From IMG/VR virus record IMGVR_UViG_3300032297_000199, positions 18,345 through 82,344 of that record: a DNA stretch of 64,000 nt. The stretch is one strand, 5' to 3'. Source of the stretch: a virus. This document shows, one piece after another, positions 36,242-49,573 of the stretch. Made by a program: the position numbers and the translations under genes. The notes beneath the pieces are model-generated. The model was not told the origin of the DNA and made no database searches. It saw only the letters and a list, made by a program, of their open reading frames with translations. Numbering within the stretch: position 1 is the stretch's first letter; each line of letters begins with the position of its first letter.

Positions 36242-36667
36242 TTATAGGGAAGGTCCTGGATTGGAATTAGTTGCCCACGGAACTTCAGTTGTTGGTGCCA
36301 CATGAATTTTAGCCAGTCTTTCGGCTAACGCTTGCATGGCCTGCGGAATAAGCAAGTCATCATCGATCCATTCTAATACCATTTCTTCAGTTAGTTCCTC
36401 GTAAGGAGTATAATTATTTGGATCAAAGTCGGCGGGTGCCGCTAGTACAGTAGCTCTGAGTGCTTTATCGTAATAATGAATATCTTTAGGTGTATAGGGT
36501 TTAGTACCATTTGTATTAACACTATGGCCGTCGGCATCAACTGCTTGTAATTTCCAGTGTACATGCGTTACTACATTTTCAATTTGATCAACTAAGGTTG
36601 TATTCAATTGGCTAATTGATAGCGTGTAAGTTATATTTGTTGAAGTATCAACAATAATTTTTGGCAT
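36242..36667 (-). CDS. Small fibre-associated protein, paralog C
   Basis: TY.L...VV..VHW...A.D...YTPYEELTEEMVLEWI; TAATG-coupled to the fibre gene. Confidence 0.7.
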   Translation of the reverse strand: MPKIIVDTSTNITYTLSISQLNTTLVDQIENVVTHVHWKLQAVDADGHSVNTNGTKPYTPKDIHYYDKALRATVLAAPADFDPNNYTPYEELTEEMVLEWIDDDLLIPQAMQALAERLAKIHVAPTTEVPWATNSNPGPSL

Positions 36668-39600
36668 TATGCTTCACCTTTTAAAAGTTTAATTTCTTCT
36701 TTAAGGGCGTCTAATTCGGCTTTCATATCTTTAAATGCTTCAATAAACAATCCTGCAAAGTTACCATAACTAACACCATATTCATCGTGTTCTTTATTAT
36801 ATGTAACAACTTCTGGGACAATTGGATCAACTTCTTGTGCAATAACACCTAAGTGCTGTTGATTTGGATTCCAATTATCGTTGTTCATTACAGGATTGTC
36901 TGTTCGTTTATAGTAAACGCCCCTTAATTGTAAAACTTTATTTAAAGCGTTATCAACTGTGACAATATCTTTTTTCTTTCTTACATCAGAGTAAGCATAA
37001 ACTTCACTGGTAGCATAGACAATACCGTCAACATAGTGGCTTCCGTTTGTTCTGGCTCTATATCCGCCTACAGTGCTCGAACCGCCAATGCCCATACAGG
37101 AATTGCCTCTTAACCAGTAAAAATGCCAACCAGTTGATGGATCCCAAGCACCTCCGTTACCGCCTGTGTCATACATACCTAATACATTGGCAGCACCATG
37201 TGTTAGCACAATACCAGTGTATCCGTTACGATATCCATTCATTACCATTGCGCCATAACTGCCGTCACCTGCGTTTGCGTACCAATGCGGAGCAGCACTT
37301 TGTCCAGACACACTAGGGAAATATAGTCCGTGAGCACCGTTACTTTGTAACCATGTATCTACTTGATAGTAACTATTACCTCGTTGACTTAATACACGAC
37401 TGCCAACATCATATAACGCTCCAGCATATAGTCCTTGGTTACCGTTACCGCCCTGACCAATTCTAATTACAGAGCTGTTAGAGTAATATACTAATTCTAA
37501 AGGATCACCGTTACTACCAGAGTTAACTGTGTCAAAATAACCGTTAGTACCAATTACTCCGTAAGCTGTATTGGTATTGTAGAAATTGCTTGCAAATATA
37601 CTAGAAGCAATTAAGTTTTCGTAGCCTGTACCTGGATTGTTAACAATACTAATACGACCACTAGATTCGATAGCAATAGAACTAGCTACAACACCTCCCC
37701 AGTGGAGACCTAGCCTAGGAGGAGTATAACTACTATTCCCACCAAAGTTAGCTTCTCGTAATTCTAAGGACGCATGATAGTATGCAGTACCGCCGTTGGT
37801 ACTATTAGCAATTTGATAGTCGCCTGCACTATTATTAGGAATGTAACCACTACCGTTACTTAACTGGTTGTTGTTAGTCAAATTACCTGTAGTCCATACC
37901 TGATTACCGCCGGCCCAAATATTGGTATTGAAGTAGAAGTTGTAACTACTGTAAATATGAGCCCACGATGAGTTTGCAGGTCCAAACTGTATATAACCTT
38001 GGTTACCAGTAAGTCTTACGCCCCAGTCGTTGTTGCCATGAAAGTAAGATCCAGTAGATGAGTTATCAAAATAGATACCTGCATCGGCCGGGTTACTTGT
38101 GCCACCGGCACCTACATGTAATTTGTTGTCGCCGCGACTTGTGTATGCTTGTGTTCCAGCACCGTTACCTACGGAGAAACTATTACCGCATGTCCAACGA
38201 GTTTCTGTATAACCGCCAGGAATTGCGCCGCCACTCCAGGTAATCGATGCTGCTCTTGCATCTAGCAAACTAATAGTCCAAGTTCCACCTGATCCAATAT
38301 AAGGTACATATATTTCTAGATATTGTTGATCATATGTACTAGCACTTAATACTCGAACATATTGAACTTGTGTGCCTGCATAACTAGATCCAGTAAGCTG
38401 ATGGAATGCAAAACCACTCCTGTCGTTAAATGCGCCACTGACAATAAATTCTGTAACACCGTGTGGGCCGCTACTATTACCGTCTTGAATAATAACACGA
38501 ACTGACCACTGGCTTGTACCTAAGTTAGCAATACGATACCAACCTACTCCTGGAGACTGTTGAGTGTTTTGTACATTCTGCAAGCCAGTTGGTACAGTCA
38601 TATAACTGCTGCCGTTGCTTAACTGTGTGTTGCTGGTTAAGTTACCTGCATGCCATACTTGGTTGCCGCGGACAAACGCATCACCGTTACCGTTTACTCG
38701 GTAAGTCCAAGTTGATCCATCATTAACCGCAATTGCATAAGTGGCACCGTTGGCAACTTGAGTATATTGTCCGTAGTCGTAACCGGCTTTATCAACTCTA
38801 ATACCCCAGTCTGCATTGCTTCTGTCACTGACTGCAAGTACAGCGTCAGTTCCTCCTAGTCCAAACGGGTTACTTGTTCTGTAGAATATTACAGAACCGT
38901 TGTCAACTCCGCCTGCAATTAATCCGCCACCGTGATTGCCGTAACCAACTGGTGTGCTAATGTGACGACCAAAAGTAGCATCATTGGTTGATAGGTTAAA
39001 TTCTAAAGGCCAGTAGCCGTTGACAGTTGACCAACTTGTACTGTTAACACCACCTCTTAGAACATAGAAAATGTTGCTGTTGTTGTGCAACATTGCACTT
39101 AACTGGTCAGTGTCTTGGAAATAGAGTGTTGGACTACTATTGTTAATAACAATATTACCAGTAAATGTCGGACTAGTACCTGAAATATATCCAGGACCGT
39201 TTGTCAGCTGATTCAAGTTGGTTAGACTGCTTGTTGTCCAATATTCAATCCAACTACTCCAACTTCCGCTGCTCATTGTTCTATATGAGGTACGGTTCTG
39301 ATAACCAGTCATACCGATAGCATGTTGGCTACCCCATGATCCGCCATCACCACTACCGCCACGATGTCTTGTATTAACTATGTGGTACCATGCTGTTCCG
39401 TATGGTGTGTTTGCCGTAGCATAGATAGAACCTACACGACTTCTGTCAGTACCCCAGGTGTTAAAATCGTTAGCACTATCACTGATGTTAGTTTGTGTGT
39501 AGTTGTGATCACCAGTTGGGCCGCCTGTAATACCGTCTGCGTATCCAGCATAGATCTTGTTCCACGCACCCCATGATCCGCCTTCGCGGAATCTGATGTT

Positions 39601-42600
39601 CATGTACGGATTGCCATACCCTGTTCTATTAATGGCAGTCATCATAGCATAACTGCTATATGCATACTCATTACCTAGACCTTGAGTCATTACATAGTAT
39701 TGATGTGCGCTACCGGGGCCGTCTGTAACACCTGTGTCTTGTCGCACATACCACATACCAAAATCAGGTATACCAGAGAAGCTGGTATATGTACTGTGAT
39801 TCTGTCCGCTATTATTCCATAATTGACTCTTGGTCAACCCGCCTAACTGTGCTGCGCTACCACTAGAAGTAATATATCCAGGACCGTTGCTCAACTGATT
39901 TAAGTTGGTCAAGCTAGTAGTTGACCAATTTCTTGCCGCTGTTACAGGACCAGCTTCAACAGTTCCAAATGATGTATCAAAGGTAATTGCCCAGTTGGCA
40001 ATCCAGTTGCTGGCAGTATATCCGCTGTAACCTAACTGAACATCAGTAACATATACTTGCGGGTAAGACCAACCGGAGCTTGTTTCTCCAATCCATATAC
40101 AGTTACGGGAGCCATCATGGCCCCAACGAATATTTAAATCGCCGCCACCATGTGTTGATTGATATGCAAAATTATTATACCAGCCACCTGGTCCATAGTT
40201 ATAACCGCCTACTTCGATAGTTCTACTTGTGCCAGCATTGCCGCCTGCGTATTCGTATATCACAATAGTCATACGCATCATGGTGCTGGTTCGGAATACA
40301 GGTAATCTAATTTTAATTGCACCTGTAATAGAACTTGTGCTAGTTACATAACTTCCGCCGCCTGGGCTAGTAATTCTTAGTCCGTTACCGGTACCGGAGT
40401 TATCTACAACAGCACCGTTAGTTGTATAAATGTTAGCAAATGTTGGACTGCTACCAGTGGTTACATAATTAGAACCGTTGGCCAATTGGTTTACATTGGT
40501 TAAGTTACCTGCATGCCATATAACATTTGATCCAACATAAGGATTGTAACCAAAAGTCATACGACCTGTGCTAGCACTGATATCAAATGCTGCATCTGAT
40601 CGAGCTGCTACAGATCCAGTGAAGCCATTTTTCATTACAGTAAACGCATCACCGTATCCACTAGTTGCTAGTTTACCTACAAACCAGGCAGTAGTCGAAT
40701 CAGCAACTACTGGGAATAAAATAGCAGAATAAGTGTTAGCACTAGGGTTAACCCTAATACCTTCACTCCAGTTACCACTTCCCGTTGTATTAATAGTCAG
40801 TGCAGGAGTACTATTTCCGCTACCGTTTAGTGTGCTACCGGCGGGCGCCCAAGTAGCAAAATTAGTTACAGTACCGCCGTTGGTACCCCAAGTATTTCCG
40901 TTACCAAAATATAATGTTCCGTTTGCAGCCTGAATAACTGAAGGGTTGTTCACGCCGGAACTATCTTGGTTACCCATTAACAGTCGTTGAGCGCCACCAG
41001 TGTTTGTAATACGGAAGTAGTCCTGTACAGCACCTGCACCAGTTACATCTAAAGCATAGGTTGGTGCAGAGCTGCCGCCAACTCTTGTTTTTCCGCCACC
41101 ACTTGCTACATATACATCACCGTTAATATAGTGATTTAAATAAACACCTTTACCGGTAGTAGATCCGTCAATGATAATTTGACCTTCGCCATAACCTTTG
41201 ATGTTCGCAACACCAGTAGTTCTATCTAATTGTAGATAGTCAGTCCGTTGATCTGCCATGTCGTAAATTGCGGCAGAACAAATAAACCATGTTACCGGAG
41301 CTGCTCCTGACGGATTTGGGCTACCACTTAGAGCAAAGAAATGTGTTGAACTAAATGTTCCTGAGTCTCCACACATTACTACATAGATATACTGCTCCCA
41401 TTTGCCTGTTCCAACATTATTAGTTGCCCAGTAACTGGCGCTGTTAGTTCCAAAACTGTTTGAATGAAAATTTAGTGTGTAACCTACTGGAATTCTTGCC
41501 TTGAACACACAGGCAATTACTGCGTTAGCTCTAGTTCCAACCGCAAAGTAGAAACCACCAAAATTTGGACTTTGGCCAGTGCCGGTATGTTGCACTTGCA
41601 TTACAAATCCACTTGTTGTAGGAGTTCCGGCAGGTGCCGCAACTCTTGTAACAGTAACCTGGCCGCTACTTGCATTATCGTAAACAGCAATTCCGTTATT
41701 TCCACTTTGGAAATTTTCATCCGGGTAGTTTGTATTTTTTCTTCCAGTTGCTCTTATAACACCATAAGATAATAGTTGAGCACCAGCTTGTGTAGTTTCT
41801 CGTTGATCCCAGTTTATGTCACCGTTGAATTTTAATGCACCACCGCTAGTAGTACCGCCGATGTTTAAACTAGTGCCGTCAAATGTCAAGTTAGCGGAAC
41901 CGGCAAATGCATTTCCGCCATCTTTATATATAACTTGGTTAGCACTACCTGCATTAATACCAGCTCCGCTAGCACCTGCAGATCCTTGTTCGCCTGATGG
42001 ACCAAATCCTACATTGGCTATACTAGAACTAGTTTCATAAAAACTACTGTCAAAGTATAATGCAGTTCCAATGGCTCTTGCCGTAGTTTTTACTAGAGTA
42101 CTGTTTTGATAGTATCTTACATTGGCACCATCGTATACAATGCTAAAAATATCTGTGTTTGCATAGCCGCCGCCGTTGTAAACGGATGCGTTATTTTCAT
42201 AAATTCGTACAACGCCAGCATCAAAATAGAATGAATAGTCAAGCGAACTGTAACTTCCATCAGCAGATGGGTCAGTATTGAGACCCCACATAACATGGGT
42301 AGTCTGTGAAGTAGGACTTGCTGTAGCAAACGCACCTCTTACATAACCTTGAACAGAATAAACTTGTCCGTCCCATGTGTTATTATTGCCTGATGACTTT
42401 GTAAAAATGCTGTAGTTGGTAGAAGACACACCACCAGTCATTACTGGAGTCCAGTGATTTGTACCTGCAATACCAGTTGCACCTGTGGCGCCAGTTGCTC
42501 CCGTTGATCCAGTACTACCGCCTACTCCACTCTGTCCAGTGGCGCCAGTAGCACCTTGCAGACCAGTAGCACCTGTACTTCCTGTTAGACCAGTGGCTCC

Positions 42601-43518
42601 TGTAGAACCAGTAGAACCTCGAATTCCGGTGGCGCCTGTAGTACCAAAAGTACCTGTGGCACCAATTGGTCCGGTTGAACCTGTACTACCTTGATTACCT
42701 TGCTGTCCTGTAGCACCAGTAGCACCTGTACTACCAACAGTACCTTGTGTTCCTGCGGCACCTGTAGCACCTTGTGGTCCAGTAGCACCTGTAGTACCTT
42801 GTAGTCCTGCTAAACTAAATGCCCAGTTAGCATAAGGACCGGCGCCAGCTGTTCCGCCAACTAAGTCCACATTAACTGTAATATCTAGCCCGCTAACTGC
42901 GGTAATATTACCTATCATAAAGTTTGTAGGAATTGCAGGATATACAATCTGTACTCTTGTTCCTACTATATAGGCATTAGCAATATTAACTGTCCAAGTT
43001 TTAGATCCTGTATTATTGGTATTACTTGTAGATGAAGTAACTTTGTAACCTAAACCAGTAGCACCTGTACCGCCAACACTACCTGCAGAACCTGCTGCTC
43101 CGGTAGAACCTTGTGGTCCTGTAGCACCTGTTGCGCCCTGCGGGCCAGTTGATCCTGTTGCTCCGCTAGCACCTGTAAATCCCGTTGAACCTGTAGCACC
43201 AGGATTACCTGATGCGCCTATACCAGTAGCACCTGTGCCTCCTTGTAAACCGGTTGCGCCTGTAGCACCTGTTGATCCAACTGGACCTGTAGATCCTGTA
43301 GCACCTGTTGATCCAACTGGACCTGTAGCACCTGTACTACCTTGTGGACCAGTTGCTCCGCTATTAGCAGCAACGAAACTTAATACACCGGTTCCGTCAG
43401 TGGATAATACATGGCCGCTAGACCCTGGTGTTTGCGGGAGGGTAAGTGTAACAGTTCCTGTAGTAGGACTTTTTAAGGTTACATTACCTTGTTGACTGGT
43501 ATCTAAATTGATTGACAT
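36667..43518 (-). CDS. Long tail fibre with collagen-like repeats and C-terminal intramolecular chaperone (peptidase S74)
   Basis: G-x-T triplets near the N-terminus; [10 protein letters not shown]...GVIAQEV...P..V...VSYG plus terminal coiled coil. Confidence 0.88.
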   Translation of the reverse strand: MSINLDTSQQGNVTLKSPTTGTVTLTLPQTPGSSGHVLSTDGTGVLSFVAANSGATGPQGSTGATGPVGSTGATGSTGPVGSTGATGATGLQGGTGATGIGASGNPGATGSTGFTGASGATGSTGPQGATGATGPQGSTGAAGSAGSVGGTGATGLGYKVTSSTSNTNNTGSKTWTVNIANAYIVGTRVQIVYPAIPTNFMIGNITAVSGLDITVNVDLVGGTAGAGPYANWAFSLAGLQGTTGATGPQGATGAAGTQGTVGSTGATGATGQQGNQGSTGSTGPIGATGTFGTTGATGIRGSTGSTGATGLTGSTGATGLQGATGATGQSGVGGSTGSTGATGATGATGIAGTNHWTPVMTGGVSSTNYSIFTKSSGNNNTWDGQVYSVQGYVRGAFATASPTSQTTHVMWGLNTDPSADGSYSSLDYSFYFDAGVVRIYENNASVYNGGGYANTDIFSIVYDGANVRYYQNSTLVKTTARAIGTALYFDSSFYETSSSIANVGFGPSGEQGSAGASGAGINAGSANQVIYKDGGNAFAGSANLTFDGTSLNIGGTTSGGALKFNGDINWDQRETTQAGAQLLSYGVIRATGRKNTNYPDENFQSGNNGIAVYDNASSGQVTVTRVAAPAGTPTTSGFVMQVQHTGTGQSPNFGGFYFAVGTRANAVIACVFKARIPVGYTLNFHSNSFGTNSASYWATNNVGTGKWEQYIYVVMCGDSGTFSSTHFFALSGSPNPSGAAPVTWFICSAAIYDMADQRTDYLQLDRTTGVANIKGYGEGQIIIDGSTTGKGVYLNHYINGDVYVASGGGKTRVGGSSAPTYALDVTGAGAVQDYFRITNTGGAQRLLMGNQDSSGVNNPSVIQAANGTLYFGNGNTWGTNGGTVTNFATWAPAGSTLNGSGNSTPALTINTTGSGNWSEGIRVNPSANTYSAILFPVVADSTTAWFVGKLATSGYGDAFTVMKNGFTGSVAARSDAAFDISASTGRMTFGYNPYVGSNVIWHAGNLTNVNQLANGSNYVTTGSSPTFANIYTTNGAVVDNSGTGNGLRITSPGGGSYVTSTSSITGAIKIRLPVFRTSTMMRMTIVIYEYAGGNAGTSRTIEVGGYNYGPGGWYNNFAYQSTHGGGDLNIRWGHDGSRNCIWIGETSSGWSYPQVYVTDVQLGYSGYTASNWIANWAITFDTSFGTVEAGPVTAARNWSTTSLTNLNQLSNGPGYITSSGSAAQLGGLTKSQLWNNSGQNHSTYTSFSGIPDFGMWYVRQDTGVTDGPGSAHQYYVMTQGLGNEYAYSSYAMMTAINRTGYGNPYMNIRFREGGSWGAWNKIYAGYADGITGGPTGDHNYTQTNISDSANDFNTWGTDRSRVGSIYATANTPYGTAWYHIVNTRHRGGSGDGGSWGSQHAIGMTGYQNRTSYRTMSSGSWSSWIEYWTTSSLTNLNQLTNGPGYISGTSPTFTGNIVINNSSPTLYFQDTDQLSAMLHNNSNIFYVLRGGVNSTSWSTVNGYWPLEFNLSTNDATFGRHISTPVGYGNHGGGLIAGGVDNGSVIFYRTSNPFGLGGTDAVLAVSDRSNADWGIRVDKAGYDYGQYTQVANGATYAIAVNDGSTWTYRVNGNGDAFVRGNQVWHAGNLTSNTQLSNGSSYMTVPTGLQNVQNTQQSPGVGWYRIANLGTSQWSVRVIIQDGNSSGPHGVTEFIVSGAFNDRSGFAFHQLTGSSYAGTQVQYVRVLSASTYDQQYLEIYVPYIGSGGTWTISLLDARAASITWSGGAIPGGYTETRWTCGNSFSVGNGAGTQAYTSRGDNKLHVGAGGTSNPADAGIYFDNSSTGSYFHGNNDWGVRLTGNQGYIQFGPANSSWAHIYSSYNFYFNTNIWAGGNQVWTTGNLTNNNQLSNGSGYIPNNSAGDYQIANSTNGGTAYYHASLELREANFGGNSSYTPPRLGLHWGGVVASSIAIESSGRISIVNNPGTGYENLIASSIFASNFYNTNTAYGVIGTNGYFDTVNSGSNGDPLELVYYSNSSVIRIGQGGNGNQGLYAGALYDVGSRVLSQRGNSYYQVDTWLQSNGAHGLYFPSVSGQSAAPHWYANAGDGSYGAMVMNGYRNGYTGIVLTHGAANVLGMYDTGGNGGAWDPSTGWHFYWLRGNSCMGIGGSSTVGGYRARTNGSHYVDGIVYATSEVYAYSDVRKKKDIVTVDNALNKVLQLRGVYYKRTDNPVMNNDNWNPNQQHLGVIAQEVDPIVPEVVTYNKEHDEYGVSYGNFAGLFIEAFKDMKAELDALKEEIKLLKGEA
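42467..43359 (-). repeat. Collagen-like G-X-T/G-X-Q triplet repeats, including a 34-bp exact direct repeat
   Basis: GATG/GSTG/GPQG runs in two blocks; 43259-43292 is identical to 43295-43328. Confidence 0.9.
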
Positions 43519-43558
43519 AGGTTAAAACTTTATCCAATATTTATCTGTTCATAATTTG

Positions 43559-46500
43559 TTAATTTGTAACTTCTGCGGTATCCACATTTGCTACAAATCT
43601 TACTGTGTTTGATCCGTCGCCCTTGCCTGTAATTTGCAATACGCCGTTAACGGTATCTGCAGATATGTTAACATCCCACGCTGCTACGCTAGACCATATC
43701 TTTGTCTTGTTTAATACTCTTAGAATAGTAGTCCCTGCTCCAGAATAACGACTTGCAACACCGTTAAATTCCCAAGCACCCTCATCGTTTGAAGTTGTTG
43801 ATCTAGCAACAACCATAACTTTAAACGAATATGTACTGTTATCAGGAATAGCAATTTGATTTGCAGCCGATGCAACTCCGTTATTAGTAGTTAATGCAGT
43901 ATACAAGTTAGAGATGTTAGAAACTCTCATTACAAATTTTCTTGTTTGTGCATCGCCTGCTGTAGAGAAACTACCATTTGCTGTAGCTCTAACGCCTGTT
44001 GTTAATCCTCGTGCAGTGGCTCCTAAGCCTTGAACTAGCGTATTTCCGCCAACATATACATCACCTGCTATACCAACACCACCGGCTACAGTTAAAGCAC
44101 CTGTTGCTGTTGAGTTTGTAGCAGTTGTGCTATTAACAAATACTTTACCGTTGGCCTTAGGAGCTAAAATAATGTCAACAATTGTTTCACTACCTTGTGC
44201 AGATAGAGTTGCACCTGTTGCTGTACTACCACCAGTTACTTGTAGGTAGTTTAATGCAGCGGCGGTATGATTAATTCTAAACTGCGGTGAACCTGAACTA
44301 GTACCTATTGTAGCATTTGTTCCAAACAATAAGCCGTTGTTACTATTGTATACAGTAGTTGTTCCGCCAGATCCTTCAAAGAACAATCTAGCACTATTAA
44401 CACCAGTAACAATATCTTGTCCTAATACTAATCCAGTAGCTCCGCCAGATGCTTGTGTAATTCTTACATTACCGTTGCCCTTGCCAGTTAAGGCTAAATC
44501 ACTAGTTGGATCGCTACCTTGTGCGGATAGTGTGGCAGGATTACCTGTTGCTGCTCCTGCTGCTCTTACATAGTTAATGTTAGCTGTGCCAAAGTTTCCG
44601 TTGTTAGAAACATTAACTTGGCCAGCAATGTATACATCTTTACCAAATCCTGCTCCGCCGCTTACAATTAATGCACCGCTGTTAGTACTAACTGCGTTAG
44701 TAATATTAGTGATTGTCATTGCAACATTAGTAGATCCGCCACGACTTGTAACACTTTGTAGTGTAGAAGTATTCCAAATTACAATAGCACCGAATGTAGA
44801 ACTAACCGCAGTATCTGTGCCGGCATTGATAGAGCTAACACCAACACCTCCTGAACCTAGACTAGATGTTGTTAGTACTTGCAGGCCATTACTGTACATG
44901 TCTCCTGCATATAATTTACCGTTAATACCAACACCGCCTTGAACAATTAATGCACCAGTTGCTGTACTTGTGGCTGCTGTTCCCGATGCTAGGTATAGAG
45001 ATCCAAATCTTGCTGGTCCAAATGTTCCTGTATTAGTAAATGTTGGAGTATATGTTTGCGTACCACCTGGGTAAACATTTGTCTTGTAGACAAATGTTTG
45101 AGTAGCATTGTCCATACCAATGAAAGCATGGTTAGACCAAGTAGTATTTGAACTAGCTGTAGTGCTGTAGTGAAGAATCAAACCTCGATCAAAGCCGTCG
45201 TTAGTTGCAAGGCTTGTGTTTCCAACACCTGCACCTAATTCTAAAATTGGGTCAATTATATAAGTCTGTGTGCTATTAACAAATGTCTGTGTTCCAAATA
45301 CTTGTAAATTTCCGTAGACAGTAGCATTGCCGCCAATAATTGCGTTCTTAGCAACACCAATTCCGCCTGCAACACTTAAGGCTCCGTTTGTAGAAGTGTT
45401 AGACTCGGTTGTACTAGTAATACTAATTGACTGATTAGTAGTCGCACCTCGACTAGTTACACTTTGAAGGGTGTCAGTTTCAGTTGTTAGTACTAATAAT
45501 CCACCTGAGAAAATTGCTCCAGTTACAGTCAGTGTGCTAAGGATCTGTGTTAAAGTACTATAGATCGAAGTAACGCCTAACGCACCTGGAACTGACGATC
45601 CAATATTAATATTAGCAATAGAAGTTGCTGTACCAGATGCACCAATGTTAACTGTTTTTAGTACTGTAGCAAGAGTTGCACCAGATGCAATATTTGCAGT
45701 TAGTGCGGCTGTGCTGTTAGATATAAAAGAGTTTGTTCCACTGTGCGTCAATGTTCCACTAACAGTAATATCTTCCCAACTATTAACATCTGCATCGTCT
45801 ACTGTGACAGTTGTACCTAAAGTAGTAACCGCTGAAGACCAGTTACTATCTGTAATAATTACAGGAACTTTAGATTTGTATGCACTATTTTCTGCAAGAA
45901 CTTCTTGCATTAATATAAATGCTCGGCCACCTATTGCCGGAGATCTTCTCCAATATTCTACAACACCTGTCGAAGTACTGTATGTTACGGAGTGATTTGA
46001 CGCTGCTGAACTTATAGCACTTTCACTTGACTCATTAAACCAATAAGTTGTTCCAGCTAAAGTTGTTGCAGAATCTCTAGTATACGACATCCAAATAATA
46101 TCATTTTCTGAATTGTCACTGAGAGACGCACTGTTAAACACTTTAACAGTACTCTTAAATTTAAATGTTGCACTATCGCCAACTGTTGGTAAGGTAAAGG
46201 ACAAACACTTAATCCACCAGTTTGCTGTAGATACTGCGCCAGCAGTTACAGAATTTTCAACATATCCTGGAAAACCATATATTTCACCACCAACCCACAG
46301 GTCTCCACCAACTCCAACTCCACCAGTTACTTTTAAAGCACCGGTGCTAGTTGATGTTGCAGTTACAAAAGAAGTAATTGTAATTGCGTTTGATGTAGCA
46401 GCTCCTCTATCAGTAACTGCCTGTAGAGTATCAGTTGTTTCAATCTTAACAATGCCAACACCGGAATCAGGTGTTACAACAATACCAGAACCGGTTGTAA

Positions 46501-49500
46501 TTTTACTAACACCATAACTACCGATTGTAGATGTTGTTAATACTTGTGCTCCGTTTGCATAGATATTATAACCTTTGATATCGCCTGCAACATCTAACCA
46601 TACAGATGGTGTGCTAGTATTGATACCAATAAAGTTACTGCTAGTTCCGGAGGCAATAGTTAACGGGCTGTTTGGACCAAGTTTTAATCCTTCGTTAACT
46701 CCGCTTCCAAAAATCCATGATCCGCTATCGTATCTTAAGTCTATATATCCAACACCATTGAACCAAGTTTGTGCAAATCCTGGACTAAAAACATTAACAG
46801 CAGAGCGTGTGTACTGTGTAGAACTGCCAACACTTAACGAACTAGTAATGTTTATTGCATTAGTAGTAGTAGATCCCCTAGTAGTAACAGATTGTAGTGT
46901 ACTTGTATTAGTTACAACCACAATACCTCTTGGCGTATTAACAGAAATATCTTCTCCGCCTTGTAACTCTGTAACTGCGTAATTAAAAATAGTACCAGTT
47001 GTTACAACTCGAGATCCAAAATCATAGACTGCATTTGCCCATACTGATCCTTCAACTCCGATGCCACCGTTAACTAATACTGCACCAGTAGTTGTCGATG
47101 TAGAATCTTGACCGTAATAGAAAGATACTTGATTAGTAGTTACTCCGCCTCGGCCAGTAACTGATTGTAGGGTACTTGTATTCCAAACAGTTACTTGGCC
47201 AGTACTAGAACTAACTGCTGTATCAGTTCCTGCAACAATTGCACTTACACCAGCAGCACCTAAACTAGCAAGAGTAAGAACTTGACTGCCGTTGCTATAC
47301 ATGTTCTGAGCGTAAATATCACCTTGAACACCAGCACCTCCAAATACTTGTAATGCACCAGTAGTAGTCGAACTTGCTGTTGTACCATTTAATATAGCAA
47401 CACTGCCTGTACTGATAGCTAATCGTGTAACTCCATCGGTGTCAATAGTAGCAACACTGCTAGTAGAGCCTAGTTTAAATCTAACAGTACCTTCTTTATC
47501 TTTGAACACAATACTGTGATTTGGAGTCAGCATTGTGTCTGTCATTTCTAAGAATGTGCTAGGGCCTGCCGTTTTAATATGCTCGCCTAATGTTAACGAT
47601 CCTGAAATATTAATATTGCCCTGGGCTCCAATGCCACCTCCAACTATTAATGCACCAGTAGTGGAATTAATAGATGTAGTAGTACTTTCTAATTTTAAGC
47701 TACCAAATCTTGCAGGTCCCCAATCACCTAGACTAGAAAAACTTGTTACATTACTAAATGGTAGACCAGTTAAAATGTTAGTTTTGAATACAAAAGTTTG
47801 AGTAGGATTATCCATACCCAAGAATGCTTGACTAGAATACGCTGTATTTGATGTAGCTGTTGTACTATAATGTAATACAAGGCCTCGATCAATTCCATCA
47901 TTGACTGAAATAGTAGTTCCGCCGATTCCGCCGCCTAATTCTAATAACGGATCAGCAACAAAAGTATTTGTACTATCTACATAAGTTGTAGATCCGTATA
48001 CTTGTAAGTTACCATATACTGCTGCATTACCACCGACAATTAGATTTCTTTCAATGCCAACACCGCCTGCTACTCTTAGAGCGCCTTGCGTAGAAGTGTT
48101 GCTATCTAAATTATTTGTAATAACAATAGTTTGATCAGTGGAGCTGCCTCGACTAGTTACACTTTGTAGTGTTGAGTTACTCCAAATAACTACAGGACCA
48201 GTTGAGGTACTAACTACTGTATCTGTTCCGGCTGTTATATTACTAACACCGTAGTTGCCCAGAGTTGCTTGTGTAATTACACGACTATCTGAATCATAAA
48301 TTCCAGAAGCATAAATGTTTCCTCCTACACCCAAGCCACCTGTAATAACTAAGGCACCTGTTGTTGTAGAACTTGCATTTGTTCCATTGGTAAACAATAA
48401 TGCATTTGATGTAACTGTGCTTCTATCAGTAATACTTTGTAAAGTAGCAATGCTCCAAACTACAACATCGCCAGTTGAAGTACTAACTGCTGTATCTGTT
48501 CCGGCTGTTAAACTAGTAGTACCAATATTATTAATTGTAAATGTAGCTGTGGTTCCGCTTGAATTTAAATTAGTAATTGAGATTGCAGTTCCAGCAACTG
48601 GTACAACTTCTGTTACTACTCTATTTCCATTATCGTATACTTGTCCGGCACGAACTGATTTTACAACAGATATGCCACCATCTACTACTACTGCACCAAT
48701 GTTAGTTGAAGAACTATCTGTGTCAATTGCGCTTGAAATTCTTAAAGAATTTGTTACAGTTAAATCAGCAATAGTTGCACTAGTTACATTTAATTCTGAA
48801 ACATTAATTTGTCCGCCAACTGATAAATTTTTACTTATGCCAACACCGCCAGCAACAACTATAGCTCCACTGTTAACATCAGTTGAATTAGTTAAATTAG
48901 TTGAGGTAAAAATTGCATTAACAATTGCAGTGTTTACTTCTATATCTCTAATATAGGCATCGCCGACGATTAGATGTTCAATAGTACCTGTACTGCGAAC
49001 AGTAATACTACCACCTACCCCAACACCACCAGCAACAATCAATGCACCAGTACTGGTACTGAAACTATCTGTGGGATTAGTTATAGTAATTGCTTGATCT
49101 GTACTGGAACTTCTACTAGTAATACTTTGTAATGTAGCAGTACTCCAAACAACTACTACACCAGTTGAACTAGATACCGCTGTGTCTGTTCCTGCAGATA
49201 AATTAGTGATACCAAAATTGCCAATGGTTGCTGTGGTAATAACTCTAGCATCAGCATCATATAAACCAACACCATATATAGTGCCTGTAGTAATAAGACT
49301 GCCAACTGTTGATGTTCCTGTTACATTGATGCTACCGCCAATTGTAACATCTCTGCCAATGCCAACTCCACCCACTACTCTTAGTGCGCCGGTGTCAGTG
49401 CTAGTAGAATTTGTGCTAGATGTTACATAAGCCGTTACAACAGTAAATGGATTAGTACTAACGATACCGCTTTGTAACTGCCAGCCGGTGCCGTTCCATA

Positions 49501-49570
49501 CCCATGTTCTAATACCAATAACATAGGTGTCGCCTATTTGTGGGTTTGAAGGAAAATTTAAATCTGCCAT
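43559..49570 (-). CDS. Giant fibre/appendage protein with STxTGALxVxGGxGI repeats (2003 aa)
   Basis: Many copies of TGAL.V.GG.G and AGTDTAVS.STG...W...TLQSVT.RG units. Confidence 0.8.
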   Translation of the reverse strand: MADLNFPSNPQIGDTYVIGIRTWVWNGTGWQLQSGIVSTNPFTVVTAYVTSSTNSTSTDTGALRVVGGVGIGRDVTIGGSINVTGTSTVGSLITTGTIYGVGLYDADARVITTATIGNFGITNLSAGTDTAVSSSTGVVVVWSTATLQSITSRSSSTDQAITITNPTDSFSTSTGALIVAGGVGVGGSITVRSTGTIEHLIVGDAYIRDIEVNTAIVNAIFTSTNLTNSTDVNSGAIVVAGGVGISKNLSVGGQINVSELNVTSATIADLTVTNSLRISSAIDTDSSSTNIGAVVVDGGISVVKSVRAGQVYDNGNRVVTEVVPVAGTAISITNLNSSGTTATFTINNIGTTSLTAGTDTAVSTSTGDVVVWSIATLQSITDRSTVTSNALLFTNGTNASSTTTGALVITGGLGVGGNIYASGIYDSDSRVITQATLGNYGVSNITAGTDTVVSTSTGPVVIWSNSTLQSVTSRGSSTDQTIVITNNLDSNTSTQGALRVAGGVGIERNLIVGGNAAVYGNLQVYGSTTYVDSTNTFVADPLLELGGGIGGTTISVNDGIDRGLVLHYSTTATSNTAYSSQAFLGMDNPTQTFVFKTNILTGLPFSNVTSFSSLGDWGPARFGSLKLESTTTSINSTTGALIVGGGIGAQGNINISGSLTLGEHIKTAGPSTFLEMTDTMLTPNHSIVFKDKEGTVRFKLGSTSSVATIDTDGVTRLAISTGSVAILNGTTASSTTTGALQVFGGAGVQGDIYAQNMYSNGSQVLTLASLGAAGVSAIVAGTDTAVSSSTGQVTVWNTSTLQSVTGRGGVTTNQVSFYYGQDSTSTTTGAVLVNGGIGVEGSVWANAVYDFGSRVVTTGTIFNYAVTELQGGEDISVNTPRGIVVVTNTSTLQSVTTRGSTTTNAINITSSLSVGSSTQYTRSAVNVFSPGFAQTWFNGVGYIDLRYDSGSWIFGSGVNEGLKLGPNSPLTIASGTSSNFIGINTSTPSVWLDVAGDIKGYNIYANGAQVLTTSTIGSYGVSKITTGSGIVVTPDSGVGIVKIETTDTLQAVTDRGAATSNAITITSFVTATSTSTGALKVTGGVGVGGDLWVGGEIYGFPGYVENSVTAGAVSTANWWIKCLSFTLPTVGDSATFKFKSTVKVFNSASLSDNSENDIIWMSYTRDSATTLAGTTYWFNESSESAISSAASNHSVTYSTSTGVVEYWRRSPAIGGRAFILMQEVLAENSAYKSKVPVIITDSNWSSAVTTLGTTVTVDDADVNSWEDITVSGTLTHSGTNSFISNSTAALTANIASGATLATVLKTVNIGASGTATSIANINIGSSVPGALGVTSIYSTLTQILSTLTVTGAIFSGGLLVLTTETDTLQSVTSRGATTNQSISITSTTESNTSTNGALSVAGGIGVAKNAIIGGNATVYGNLQVFGTQTFVNSTQTYIIDPILELGAGVGNTSLATNDGFDRGLILHYSTTASSNTTWSNHAFIGMDNATQTFVYKTNVYPGGTQTYTPTFTNTGTFGPARFGSLYLASGTAATSTATGALIVQGGVGINGKLYAGDMYSNGLQVLTTSSLGSGGVGVSSINAGTDTAVSSTFGAIVIWNTSTLQSVTSRGGSTNVAMTITNITNAVSTNSGALIVSGGAGFGKDVYIAGQVNVSNNGNFGTANINYVRAAGAATGNPATLSAQGSDPTSDLALTGKGNGNVRITQASGGATGLVLGQDIVTGVNSARLFFEGSGGTTTVYNSNNGLLFGTNATIGTSSGSPQFRINHTAAALNYLQVTGGSTATGATLSAQGSETIVDIILAPKANGKVFVNSTTATNSTATGALTVAGGVGIAGDVYVGGNTLVQGLGATARGLTTGVRATANGSFSTAGDAQTRKFVMRVSNISNLYTALTTNNGVASAANQIAIPDNSTYSFKVMVVARSTTSNDEGAWEFNGVASRYSGAGTTILRVLNKTKIWSSVAAWDVNISADTVNGVLQITGKGDGSNTVRFVANVDTAEVTN

Positions 49571-49573
49571 TTC

